64,000 nucleotides of DNA. Source: Caecitellus pseudoparvulus (lineage: Eukaryota; Protista; Bigyra: Bicosoecida). Location of the stretch: assembly GCA_965644315.1 (NCBI GenBank), contig CBFFRQ010000052.1, forward strand, positions 62,001 through 126,000, in the 5' to 3' direction. Under the pieces are notes generated by a model. The model searched no databases. It saw only the letters and a program-made list of their open reading frames with translations, and was not told the DNA's origin. This document shows positions 45,143 through 54,736 of the stretch, piece after piece (position 1 is the first letter of the stretch; each line of letters starts with the position of its first letter). Both the position numbers and the translations under genes were made by a program.

Positions 45143-48100
45143 ATGCCTAGCAAGCCTGCCATGGCTTTAGGCGCTGACGCGCCAGATTTCCACCACCAAC
45201 ACCGAGAGGACTATCCATGGAGAGATCCAGATGTGTTTTCACGTACGAAAAGGCGCCTTTGAATCGTTTTCCGCGCAAGACGTGGCATAGCCAGCGCATG
45301 ATTTGAGATCGAGCTTCGCATGCGCCACACTTGCTCTCTTCAGGAAGGAAAACGGACACACGCAGCAGCATACACCTCGGCGACGACCCTGCGGACAGGA
45401 CTCTTAGAAGCACGGCGAAGGCATCCTTTCGAGCTCTCTCCGGAGCGCGCAGAAGCGCAGTAAAGCCGCCAGCAGGCGCCATCAAGTTTGACCAAACTGG
45501 CCCCCAAGGCCAGGAGTGGGGCACGGACGCCCAGCGTGCGTACCAGTGGAAGGAAGGCGAGGGGGCTGGCAGCCAGGCAGATGTGGAGCGCCGTGCGGGC
45601 ATCATGCGGGATGTACGAGCGACACACTTCCAGCTGGGTGACGATGGTCGGTCCTTCACGACGACGGCGCGTGAGCTGGAGAGCAAGGGTGTGGAGGGCG
45701 GTGCGGGTGTGAAGGCGGCGGGTCCACGTCGAGGGTCGGGTCTGCACTTGGGCAGTGACGGGAGCAGCTACAGCACGACGAATGCGATGCCTGCACACGA
45801 GGCCGGTGCGGGTGCTGTGGCGGTGAAGGTGGACACACACAGCACCCACTTCGAGCTGGGCGAGGGCCGCGGGGACTTCGTGACGACGTCCATGGCATCG
45901 ACGGGGCAGGCCCACCCTGAGAGGGGCCTGGTGCCGTCGCGCAAGGACTGGCGCAAGCTGCTGGGGGGTGGCGGAGAGGGCAAGGCAGCGCCTCGGGCGC
46001 GTCCTCGAGATGGCGTGCAGCTGGGCAGCGACAAGGTGGAGTACTTCCGTGCGCATCGAGACGACTTCGCGTGGCCGGAAGGCGAGCAGGTGCAAGGTGA
46101 GTGGCGTGTGCTGTGCGGCGTGTGGCGTGTGGCGCGAGTGCGAGTGTGAGTGCGAGTGTGTGTGCATGTTGTCGTGTGGTGCTTGTTGCGCAGTGAGCGA
46201 TGGTGCGGCGATGCAGCGTCAGAGCAACATCCAGCTGGGCGAGGAGGGCGAGGGAGGGGCTGGGTCGGGGACAGTGTCTGGGAGTGCGTACAAGGGTCTG
46301 CAGGGTGAGCGGGCTGTGGCGGCACGTCCATCTCGTGGGAGCGGCCTGTACCTGGGTGATGGGGGCGGGGAGTGGGGCACGGACGCCCAGCGTGCGTACC
46401 AGTGGAAGGAAGGCGAGGGGGCTGGCAGCCAGGCAGATGTGGAGCGCCGTGCGGGCATCATGCGGGATGTACGAGCGACGCACTTCCAGCTGGGTGACGA
46501 TGGTCGGTCCTTCACGACGACGGCGCGTGAGCTGGAGAGCAAGGGTGTGGAGGGCGGTGCGGGTGTGAAGGCGGCGGGTCCACGTCGAGGGTCGGGTCTG
46601 CACTTGGGCAGTGACGGGAGCAGCTACAGCACGACGAATGCGATGCCTGCACACGAGGCCGGTGCGGGTGCTGTGGCGGTGAAGGTGGACACACACAGCA
46701 CCCACTTCGAGCTGGGCGAGGGCCGCGGGGACTTCGTGACGACGTCCATGGCATCGACGGGGCAGGCCCACCCTGAGAGGGGCCTGGTGCTGTCGCGCAA
46801 GGACTGGCGCAAGCTGCTGGGGGGTGGCGGAGAGGGCAAGGCAGCGCCTCGGGCGCGTCCTCGAGATGGCGTGCAGCTGGGCAGCGACAAGGTGGAGTAC
46901 TTCCGTGCGCATCGAGACGACTTCGCGTGGCCGGAAGGCGAGCAGGTGCAAGGTGAGTGGCGTGTGCTGTGTGGCGTGTGGCGCGAGTGCGAGTGCGAGT
47001 GCGAGTGTGTGCATGTTGTCGTGTGGTGCTTGTTGCGCAGTGAGCGATGGTGCGGCGATGCAGCGTCAGAGCAACATCCAGCTGGGCGAGGAGGGCGAGG
47101 GAGGGGCTGGGTCGGGGACAGTGTCTGGGAGTGCGTACAAGGGTCTGCAGGGTGAGCGGGCTGTGGCGGCACGTCCATCTCGTGGGAGCGGCCTGTACCT
47201 GGGTGATGGGGGCGGGGAGTGGGGCACGGACGCCCAGCGTGCGTACCAGTGGAAGGAAGGCGAGGGGGCTGGCAGCCAGGCAGATGTGGAGCGGCGTGCG
47301 GGCATCATGCGGGATGTGCGAGCGACGCACTTCCAGCTGGGTGACGATGGTCGGTCCTTCACGACGACGGCGCGTGAGCTGGAGAGCAAGGGCGTGGAGG
47401 GCGGTGCGGGTGTGAAGGCGGCGGGTCCACGTCGAGGGTCGGGTCTGCACTTGGGCAGTGACGGGAGCAGCTACAGCACGACGAATGCGATGCCTGCACA
47501 CGAGGCCGGTGCGGGTGCTGTGGCGGTGAAGGTGGACACACACAGCACCCACTTCGAGCTGGGCGAGGGCCGCGGGGACTTCGTGACGACGTCCATGGCA
47601 TCGACGGGGCAGGCCCACCCTGAGAGGGGCCTGGTGCCGTCGCGCAAGGACTGGCGCAAGCTGCTGGGGGGTGGCGGAGAGGGCAAGGCAGCGCCTCGGG
47701 CGCGTCCTCGAGATGGCGTGCAGCTGGGCAGCGACAAGGTGGAGTACTTCCGTGCGCATCGAGACGACTTCGCGTGGCCGGAAGGCGAGCAGGTGCAAGG
47801 TGAGTGGCGTGCGGCGTGTGGCGCGAGTGCGAGTGCGAGTGCGAGTGTGTGCATGTTGTCGTGTGGTGCTTGTTGCGCAGTGAGCGATGGTGCGGCGATG
47901 CAGCGTCAGAGCAACATCCAGCTGGGCGAGGAGGGCGAGGGAGGGGCTGGGTCGGGGACAGTGTCTGGGAGTGCGTACAAGGGTCTGCAGGGTGAGCGGG
48001 CTGTGGCGGCACGTCCATCTCGTGGGAGCGGCCTGTACCTGGGTGATGGGGGCGGGGAGTGGGGCACGGACGCCCAGCGTGCGTACCAGTGGAAGGAAGG

Positions 48101-48548
48101 CGAGGGGGCTGGCAGCCAGGCAGATGTGGAGCGGCGTGCGGGCATCATGCGGGATGTGCGAGCGACGCACTTCCAGCTGGGTGACGATGGTCGGTCCTTC
48201 ACGACGACGGCGCGTGAGCTGGAGAGCAAGGGCGTGGAGGGCGGTGCGGGTGTGAAGGCGGCGGGTCCACGTCGAGGGTCGGGTCTGCACTTGGGCAGTG
48301 ACGGGAGCAGCTACAGCACGACGAATGCGATGCCTGCACACGAGGCCGGTGCGGGTGCTGTGGCGGTGAAGGTGGACACACACAGCACCCACTTCGAGCT
48401 GGGTGCTGACCGAGAGGATTTCATTACTACCCGCATGGCAGACATGAAGCAGACGCACCCTGATCATTCTAAGTTCATTCCGCCGAAGACTGAGAAGTGG
48501 AAGGCACTTGCAGCAGGAAAGGCATCGGTGCGCGGCTTGAGAGTTTGA
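45143..48548 (+). CDS. Repeat protein with (S/T)HFxLG...(Y/F)xTT motifs, putative microtubule inner/stabilising protein (TEX45/SAXO-like), about 1010 aa; exons 45143-45242, 45344-46096, 46194-46952, 47041-47799, 47881-48548
   Basis: Splicing four phase-1 GT-AG introns gives one frame. It contains recurring ATHFQLGDDGRSFTTT, STHFELGEGRGDFVTTS, GLHLGSDGSSYSTTN, SNIQLGE and GVQLGSDKVEYFRAHRDDFAWP. The first exon has the related ALGADAPDFHHQHREDYPW. The family assignment is by motif resemblance only. Confidence 0.75.
45513..48403 (+). repeat. Tandem direct repeat, about 3.4 copies of an 840-856 bp unit (759-bp exon + 81-97 bp intron)
   Basis: Near-identical blocks recur with offsets of 856, 847 and 840 bp. 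Unit length differs only inside the introns, through different numbers of short (GAGTGC)n / (GGCGTGT)n-type motifs. Confidence 0.97.
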
Positions 48549-48720
48549 CGGCCCTCAAGCTGCTGCACCAGTTTGGCACTAATTGTCACCTGTCAAATTG
48601 AATCACAGCTGCTGCAGTTCACGTTATCTCCGTGTTTCGCTTGCTTCGGCTGCGCTTTGTATGTCTTGTGGTCTGGCGCTGGCTTGACTTGGTCGGTGCA
48701 CGCTGTCCCGCTTTGCACCG

Positions 48721-51424
48721 ATGGGGTGCCATGCTGCTCTTCTCGGGCTGCTGTCTTTGGCAGTGGGCCTAGCGGGCACCAAGGGCAATGTACCACCTCT
48801 CCCAGCAGGACAACTGGCCGGCTACTTGACGTATGACCAAACTCTGCACTACTTGCAAGAGCTGCACGCGGCTGCGCCGGGTCTGGTCGGGGAACCTCAA
48901 GTCATCGGCTCATCAGTGGAGAACCGTGATATCCCTGCGATCTGCATTGGCAGGTGCGATGGTGATGGCGGCAAGGCCCTGTTCACTGCTCTGCACCACT
49001 CGAGAGAGGTGAGCGGAGCCGGAGCGAAACGCGGATGGCACGCCTTGACGCCACCCCCATTTCCCGCCTCGCACGCAGCCTGTGGGCCTGGCACTGTCGT
49101 TGGAGTTCATGAGAACCATAGTTTCGGCTGCCCTGGAAGGGGACCCTCGAGCTCTGGCAATCCTCAGTCGTCGAGAGCTGTGGGTGCTGCCAGTTGTCAA
49201 CCCTGATGGTTACGAGTGGAACCGGTGCGTGGTTTGATTGGCGGCGTGCGCCGGCAGGCTGGAAGCGCACCATGGTGACGTCTTCGCAACACTCACAGAA
49301 AACACTTTCCCAAAGGTCTTGGCATGGAGCGCAAGAATCGCCGGCCTGGATGCTCGCGGACAGGTGACACTATGGGCGTGGACCTGAACCGCAATTATGA
49401 CTACAAGTTCTCCTACGACACCAAGGGGAGCAGCACGAACCCATGCGGCGAAGATTACCGGGGCACAGCCCCCTTTTCAGAGCCTGAGGCAGCGGCTGTG
49501 CGCGACCTTCTGCAGCGTGAGATGCGCCACCCGGCTGGAAAGCTGTCTGAGCGAAAGCTGGGAAACGTCAACGTTGCATTGAACTGGCACAGCTATGGCC
49601 AGGTCATCAACATCCCATACTCTCACATGGCCAGCGGAGAGCCACCTGCAAAGGACTATGTCTTTTTCAAGAAGCTCGCGCGGCGATTTCAAGGCACGAA
49701 CAACTTCAAGGTTGGCCAAGCATGGGCTGGGAATGGCCTTTACACGGTCAACGGCGACGCCGCGGACTACATGTACGACAAGCACGGCGTGTACGCCTTC
49801 TCTCCAGAAGTAGGCCCCTTCTTCGACTTTGAGCCATTTGCGGAAGGTACGTTGAGCCCTTGTCCGGCTGCATGGAGGGTTTCGGTCACGGAGCGCCGCT
49901 CTCTGCGCAGGCATGTGGCCCAAGACGAACGCCATCCCAAGCATTGTGAACGAGTCCATGGCGCTGGCTGGTCAAGCACTGTGGGGTGCTGCCCCCCTTC
50001 CGATTCTGGAAGCAGAGACGACGCTCGTGCGGAAGGCATTGCCTTGGGCTGGTCACGAAGGAGTTTGCAGCGAGGTACGTGTGCAGTTCGGTGTGTCCAA
50101 TGCTGGCGCAGTGAAGAGCGATTCGCAAATTGTCGTGAGTATGACACTGGAGGATGCTGCAGCGCAGCTTGAATCAAGCAAGGCTGCCATTCGGGCTGCT
50201 GCCGGCGCCCCGCAGCCAGCGCCGCCTGCCAAACCCGCCTGTCCTGTGCCAATCAAGACCTACGCCAACCGTGCCTTAGAAGACGACTACACCCACTTCG
50301 TCGAGCGAGATGAGCGCCGCGTGGAGAGTGTCCCAGGCGTGGCAGGCACGCGAGGGGCGCGCTTGACGGAGGCCGAGGTCAGGCTCGCCCGCTCCCGTGG
50401 CTTAAGCCAGAGTGTGCCGGTGGAGAGCGCTCGGCAATTGCACGGCCCTGACGGATATGAGCACGTGGATCCTATGATCGTGCGATCAGATGGGCGCATT
50501 CGCATGGTGGCGAGTGTGCAAGGCGCAGTCCCCCCCGCCGGCCGGGCCACGGTGTCCATGCCAGTGTGTGCCTGCTTCGGCGGGGAGGCGGAGCGACTGA
50601 CACTGGGGGAGTGCTCCGTCACTGACACTGTAGCGAGCGAGTCTGAAAAGCTGCCTGGAGGCATGCAGGCTTCCCTGCCCGCTGCAGTCACCGTCGTCGT
50701 GTCTGATGCGCACGTGTGTGCGGCGCACCGGGTCGTGTTGGGGTACAAGGCTGAGTCCAGCAGCCCGGGTGCACCACCTTTCAGCACGCGCACAGACTTT
50801 GAGCGCGAGCCATTGCGGCACATGTCTCCGTGCACGGCGTGTGCTGCGCATCGGTATGCATCTGTGGAGGACTTTGCCATCGTTGCGCAGGGGAGCAAGG
50901 CGCAACCCAAGCCAGCGCCCCCGACACGCCAGCGAACAGAGGACGCTTGCTCAGGGACTTGGTCCAAGTTTGCAGCGTCTCCAGAGACTCCTGATGCAGT
51001 CGTTCTCCTGGACGGCGTTGCCCAGGATGCGGCGGCCGTTTCCAGCACTGCGTGTGTCACGTCGGTAGGCGCCCTGGCTGCCGTGCCGGCGGAGGCGGCC
51101 CAGCCGCCGAACTTGGCAAAGGCAATCGGCATGAAGGGCGACGCTGCGCCGTCCACGGCACCAGGGCCGTCGACGAGCCCGGCGCCGCACATGTCCAGCC
51201 CTCCTACAGCTGTGAGCCCTGCAGCCGTTGACCCGGCAGCCCAGAGTATGCTGCGGCTTGAGCAGCAGCGCTCAGAAGAGGCAGCTTCTCTGGAAACTGC
51301 AGGGTGGGTTGTAGCAGGACTAGCAGGTGGTGTTGGCGTGCTGCTTGGCCTGGTACTGTTCCTCTCTGGCTCCCGGCAACCTTGGCCCTCACACATGTCA
51401 AGGGGAGGGGGGTCAGGGCTCTAA
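48721..51424 (+). CDS. M14 zinc carboxypeptidase (carboxypeptidase T-like) with signal peptide and C-terminal transmembrane helix, multi-exon
   Basis: Signal peptide, then IGSSVENRDI, HHSRE (HxxE), VNPDG, RKNRR, GVDLNRNY, YRGTAPFSEPE, NWHSYG and FSPEVG. The C-terminal helix is GWVVAGLAGGVGVLLGLVLFL. Confidence 0.93.
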
Positions 51425-51986
51425 GCACACCCCTCCCCCCACAATGCTGAGGCAATGCAAGTGTTTGGCAGGTGCACAATTGAAATCCCATGGACATGGT
51501 TGAGTCTCTTCAGGACACAAGAGCTTCCTCGCCTCAGTTGAGCGAGGTATTGGCCATTGTTCGCGTTCCGGGAAGGCGGAAATCGCACAGGCGCACTCCC
51601 CCTTCCCTTCGCGCTGGATGGAATCGAGCCACGGGCATGGCGGAGAGGTGCGTGGTGTATGTCTTTTGTCATTCGCCTGCAGTGCTTGTCGTGTGCCTGG
51701 GCTTCCGTTGCTGCGCGTTGGCTTGCTTGCAATGCGTGCGGCCGCTGTGCGGCTGTGGCAGAGCAGCATGCCTCGTGCACCCGGAGAGATCGTTGAGGAA
51801 AAACTTGTCCTGAGGTCAAACATATGCTGACAGTTACAAGCGCTCATCCATTTCTGAGATCTCGCAGTCCCCCAAGCCGCCGTGTCTCCCGTGTCCTAAC
51901 GCTGGCAGAGCTGGCTTGCCCTTCACGCTTGTCTTCCTGACCCCGTTCACAGCTCCTTCGAAGAGGACGGTGCTTGTCAGCACCAC

Positions 51987-53438
51987 TTACACCCTTGCAT
52001 GCTTGGTACCCTCTCCACTGTCACCACTGTCTCGATCTCGCTTCGTGCCGCCAACCACTGTCCCCGGGGCCCCAGCGCCAGCTGCAGCGGCGGCTGCAGC
52101 CCTGGCTCGGCTGTGGCGCACCCGCTGGGCACCGGCGAGCTCAGCCCCCGCCTCATCAGCAATATCCTCAGTGCCAGACAATGCACCCGCCTCCTCATCG
52201 ACGAACTCCACGCTGACATCACTGTCGCTCGCGAAGGTGGCCTCGCTGCCGTCAGAGACCGAGTCGTCACCGGAGCTCCCTTCCGACGAATGTCCCTCCT
52301 CAGAGAAAGCCGAGCCCTCATCGCTGCTGCCACCATCGTCTCCTGCCCCCCCCTCTTCACCAGCAGCCTCCTGGCCGTCAGCTGCGGTGTCTGCCCGCAC
52401 CTTGGCTTGCAAGAACTGCATCACCGCCCCTCGTTCTTCAGCGCTGATGTTGGAGAACTCTACAGGCTTATCTTGGTCCTTGACGCGCAGGCTAAGGTCC
52501 CAGTAGCGGGCTTGTGCTCCATACCCTCGGTCTTCACACCGAACCTCGAGCATGGAGGCGTAGGGAAGCCACAGCAGGGGCTTGGGGCCGAAGGCCAGCC
52601 CAGAGTTGAACAAGTGCAGTGACCCCGTGTCAATGCGCTGCGTGACAGACAGACTGACACCACCTTGGGAGTTTCGAAAGCCAGTGTTCTTGGCGTTGTC
52701 TAGGGGTGCCAGCACGCACTCAAGCAGCAACGCCAACAAATGAGGCGTGGTGCATGTCAAGTCCTCCAACGCCACCCCGGCAGCGGCGCTGTGCGATGCA
52801 GGGGCCTGGGCTCGGAGCTTGTGCAAGGGAATGGGGCTGCTTGTGGGCCATGCGGCCACTGTTTGGGCGTCTGCCCCCGCCACTTTGATACCCAGCACGG
52901 TGGGCATCTTTTTCAGACCAGCCAAGGTGATGGGCTCCGCACAGGCAAGTAGAAATACATGGTCCCTGTGCTTGGACAAACTTGGGAGCTCAAAATGGGC
53001 GATGTGCGATACCTGAGACCGTTTGACCTGAGTGTGAAGGTCCAGGAATCGGTCAATGAAGGCTGTGCGGATTGGTTCAAAGCAAATACCGCATCCACTC
53101 ACGACATTTAGGATTCCCTTCTTGTTGCGAAAGAGCACAGCATCTGGGGCGAAGAGCACATCCCATCGACCACGTGGGGCAATGCATGCAACGTTGGGGA
53201 CCTCCAAAAACACAGACGCCAACAGCTCTTGCACTCCTGAATCAGCAGCTGGCGCAGGGTGCGGACTCGCATCTGCCGCCGAGGCGGCGCCGATTTGCTT
53301 GCAGGCATCTATCTGCACCAGAATGCCCAGCAGCTGAGCCTGCTGACTAGGATTCAGTGTATCGTGCAGGCTGTGGAGCTGGGGCAGCACCGGCCATCCC
53401 CGGCGCTCGCAGATGGCTGTGCATTCGGACAGGGCCAT
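51987..53438 (-). CDS. Rtt106/SSRP1-like double-PH histone chaperone with acidic tail
   Basis: VPNVACIAPRGRWDVLF and GSLHLFNSGLAFGPKPLLWLPY...YWDLSL...VEFSNISAEE...QFL, followed by a D/E/S-rich tail. There is a probable in-frame intron near 53100-53030. Confidence 0.82.
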   Translation of the reverse strand: MALSECTAICERRGWPVLPQLHSLHDTLNPSQQAQLLGILVQIDACKQIGAASAADASPHPAPAADSGVQELLASVFLEVPNVACIAPRGRWDVLFAPDAVLFRNKKGILNVVSGCGICFEPIRTAFIDRFLDLHTQVKRSQVSHIAHFELPSLSKHRDHVFLLACAEPITLAGLKKMPTVLGIKVAGADAQTVAAWPTSSPIPLHKLRAQAPASHSAAAGVALEDLTCTTPHLLALLLECVLAPLDNAKNTGFRNSQGGVSLSVTQRIDTGSLHLFNSGLAFGPKPLLWLPYASMLEVRCEDRGYGAQARYWDLSLRVKDQDKPVEFSNISAEERGAVMQFLQAKVRADTAADGQEAAGEEGGAGDDGGSSDEGSAFSEEGHSSEGSSGDDSVSDGSEATFASDSDVSVEFVDEEAGALSGTEDIADEAGAELAGAQRVRHSRARAAAAAAAGAGAPGTVVGGTKRDRDSGDSGEGTKHARV

Positions 53439-53596
53439 GTCGGCGATTCCCTTCTGAAGCGTGGGAGAAGACGGAGCAGGTGGCTTGGGCTAGAACGCCG
53501 CGAAGCAGGCACGCATGGGCGGCATGCAGCTCGCCTCTGTGGCTCCTGGGAATGCAAATTGTGGCACACCGCGCAGTTGCGCGCCGCCTGCGTGCC

Positions 53597-54608
53597 TCAC
53601 GAGAAGAGGCGGGAGAGGAAGCTGCCGCCTTTGGCCAGGCCCAGCTGCTCGCGCATTTGCTCTGCGATGGACTCGGCGATCTCTGGCGCCTCTGACATCT
53701 GGGGATAGAACTTCAAGAACTCGCCCTGCCTGTCCATGAGGTACATGACAATGGAGTGGTCCACGACGTAGTCGTCGTCGTCCTCGTCCCGGTGGTCGAC
53801 GTTAGAAAAGTACACGCGGAACGCACGGGTGGCGCGACCCACTTGGTCCGGCGTGCCTGTCAGCGCCTCTGTGCGGGGGTGGAAGTCCTTCGCATATGCG
53901 TCCATCTGCTCCACCGTGTCGCGGTAGGGGTCCACCGTGATGAAGATGGGCCGCACGCGAGGCAGCTCTGGCTGCGCATCCAGCAAGTCAATGACACGCC
54001 CCATCTTCACCAGCTCATTGGGGCAGATGTCGGGGCAGAAGGTGAAACCGAAGTACAGCAGCGTGTACTCTCCCCTGCGGTGCATCGCGCAATGCAAAAC
54101 ATGCGTCACTGCAGGCCCTGCCAGCAGCACTCGGCACTCACCGGAAGTCAGCGTCCGTGACTGGTTTGCCTTGGGCGTTGACAAGCTCCCACGGACCACC
54201 TAGCAAGGCCTTGCCCACACTGCTCACCTTGGCATCAGCTGCGAGTGGGCGCTCAGCGCGGAACTTGTGCTGCACCTCTCGCGAGTGGCGCTGGGGGCTC
54301 TGACGAACCCTTTGTGCGGCGCTCTTCGCGTTGGTGGTTGAAGTATGCCAAGGCACCTGCACCCGCAATGGTTGCCAGTCCAAGGCTTGCCCATGACACC
54401 GGCTGCGCATGCAGGCATGGCGTGGTGAGGGGTGCTTCGTATTCCGCACGGTGCGCCACATCACTTCGCTGGTACGCACGCCAGTCATGCGCACTCTGGT
54501 CGTGGCTTTGATGTCTGCACCATGACCGGCGTGCTTGCCTTCGCTCATGAACCGAACAGCACCCTTATGCAGGTGGAACGCCCTGCGGGCGAGCACCGTT
54601 GCAGCCAT
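53597..54608 (-). CDS. SCO1: SCO1/SCO2 cytochrome c oxidase copper chaperone, multi-exon
   Basis: Mitochondrial-type presequence MAATVLARRAF and a TM segment PVSWASLGLATIAGAGALAYF. Conserved motifs: VGKALLGGPWELV, LLYFGFTFCPDICPNEL (CxxxC), PIFITVDPYRD and YVVDHSIVMYLMD. Confidence 0.96.
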
Positions 54609-54736
54609 GGTCAGGTGACCTCCACCGCGTGATGTGCACCGGGGGTTGGCTGCTTGGCGCGGGGACGAGGTGGGGGCTGACTTGCATTACATTGCTGTGC
54701 ACGAGTGGAATGTTGGGATATGTTCAGGGTGTGTGT

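Noticed and set aside
45513-48403. Tandem repeat as a CRISPR array, LTR element or satellite
   Set aside because: The units are about 850 bp, coding and spliced in one frame. There are no unique spacers, terminal repeats or transposase/RT motifs.
45340-48467. Long minus-strand ORFs in the repeat (e.g. 46512-48467, 651 aa)
   Set aside because: They are antisense to the spliced plus-strand gene, R/H/T-rich with no domain, and expected in GC-rich DNA.
51425-51986. Unusually long intergenic gap as an ncRNA or small gene
   Set aside because: I could not recognise snRNA, snoRNA, tRNA, SRP or RNase P/MRP motifs, and the short ORFs look random. An Infernal/Rfam scan would be needed.
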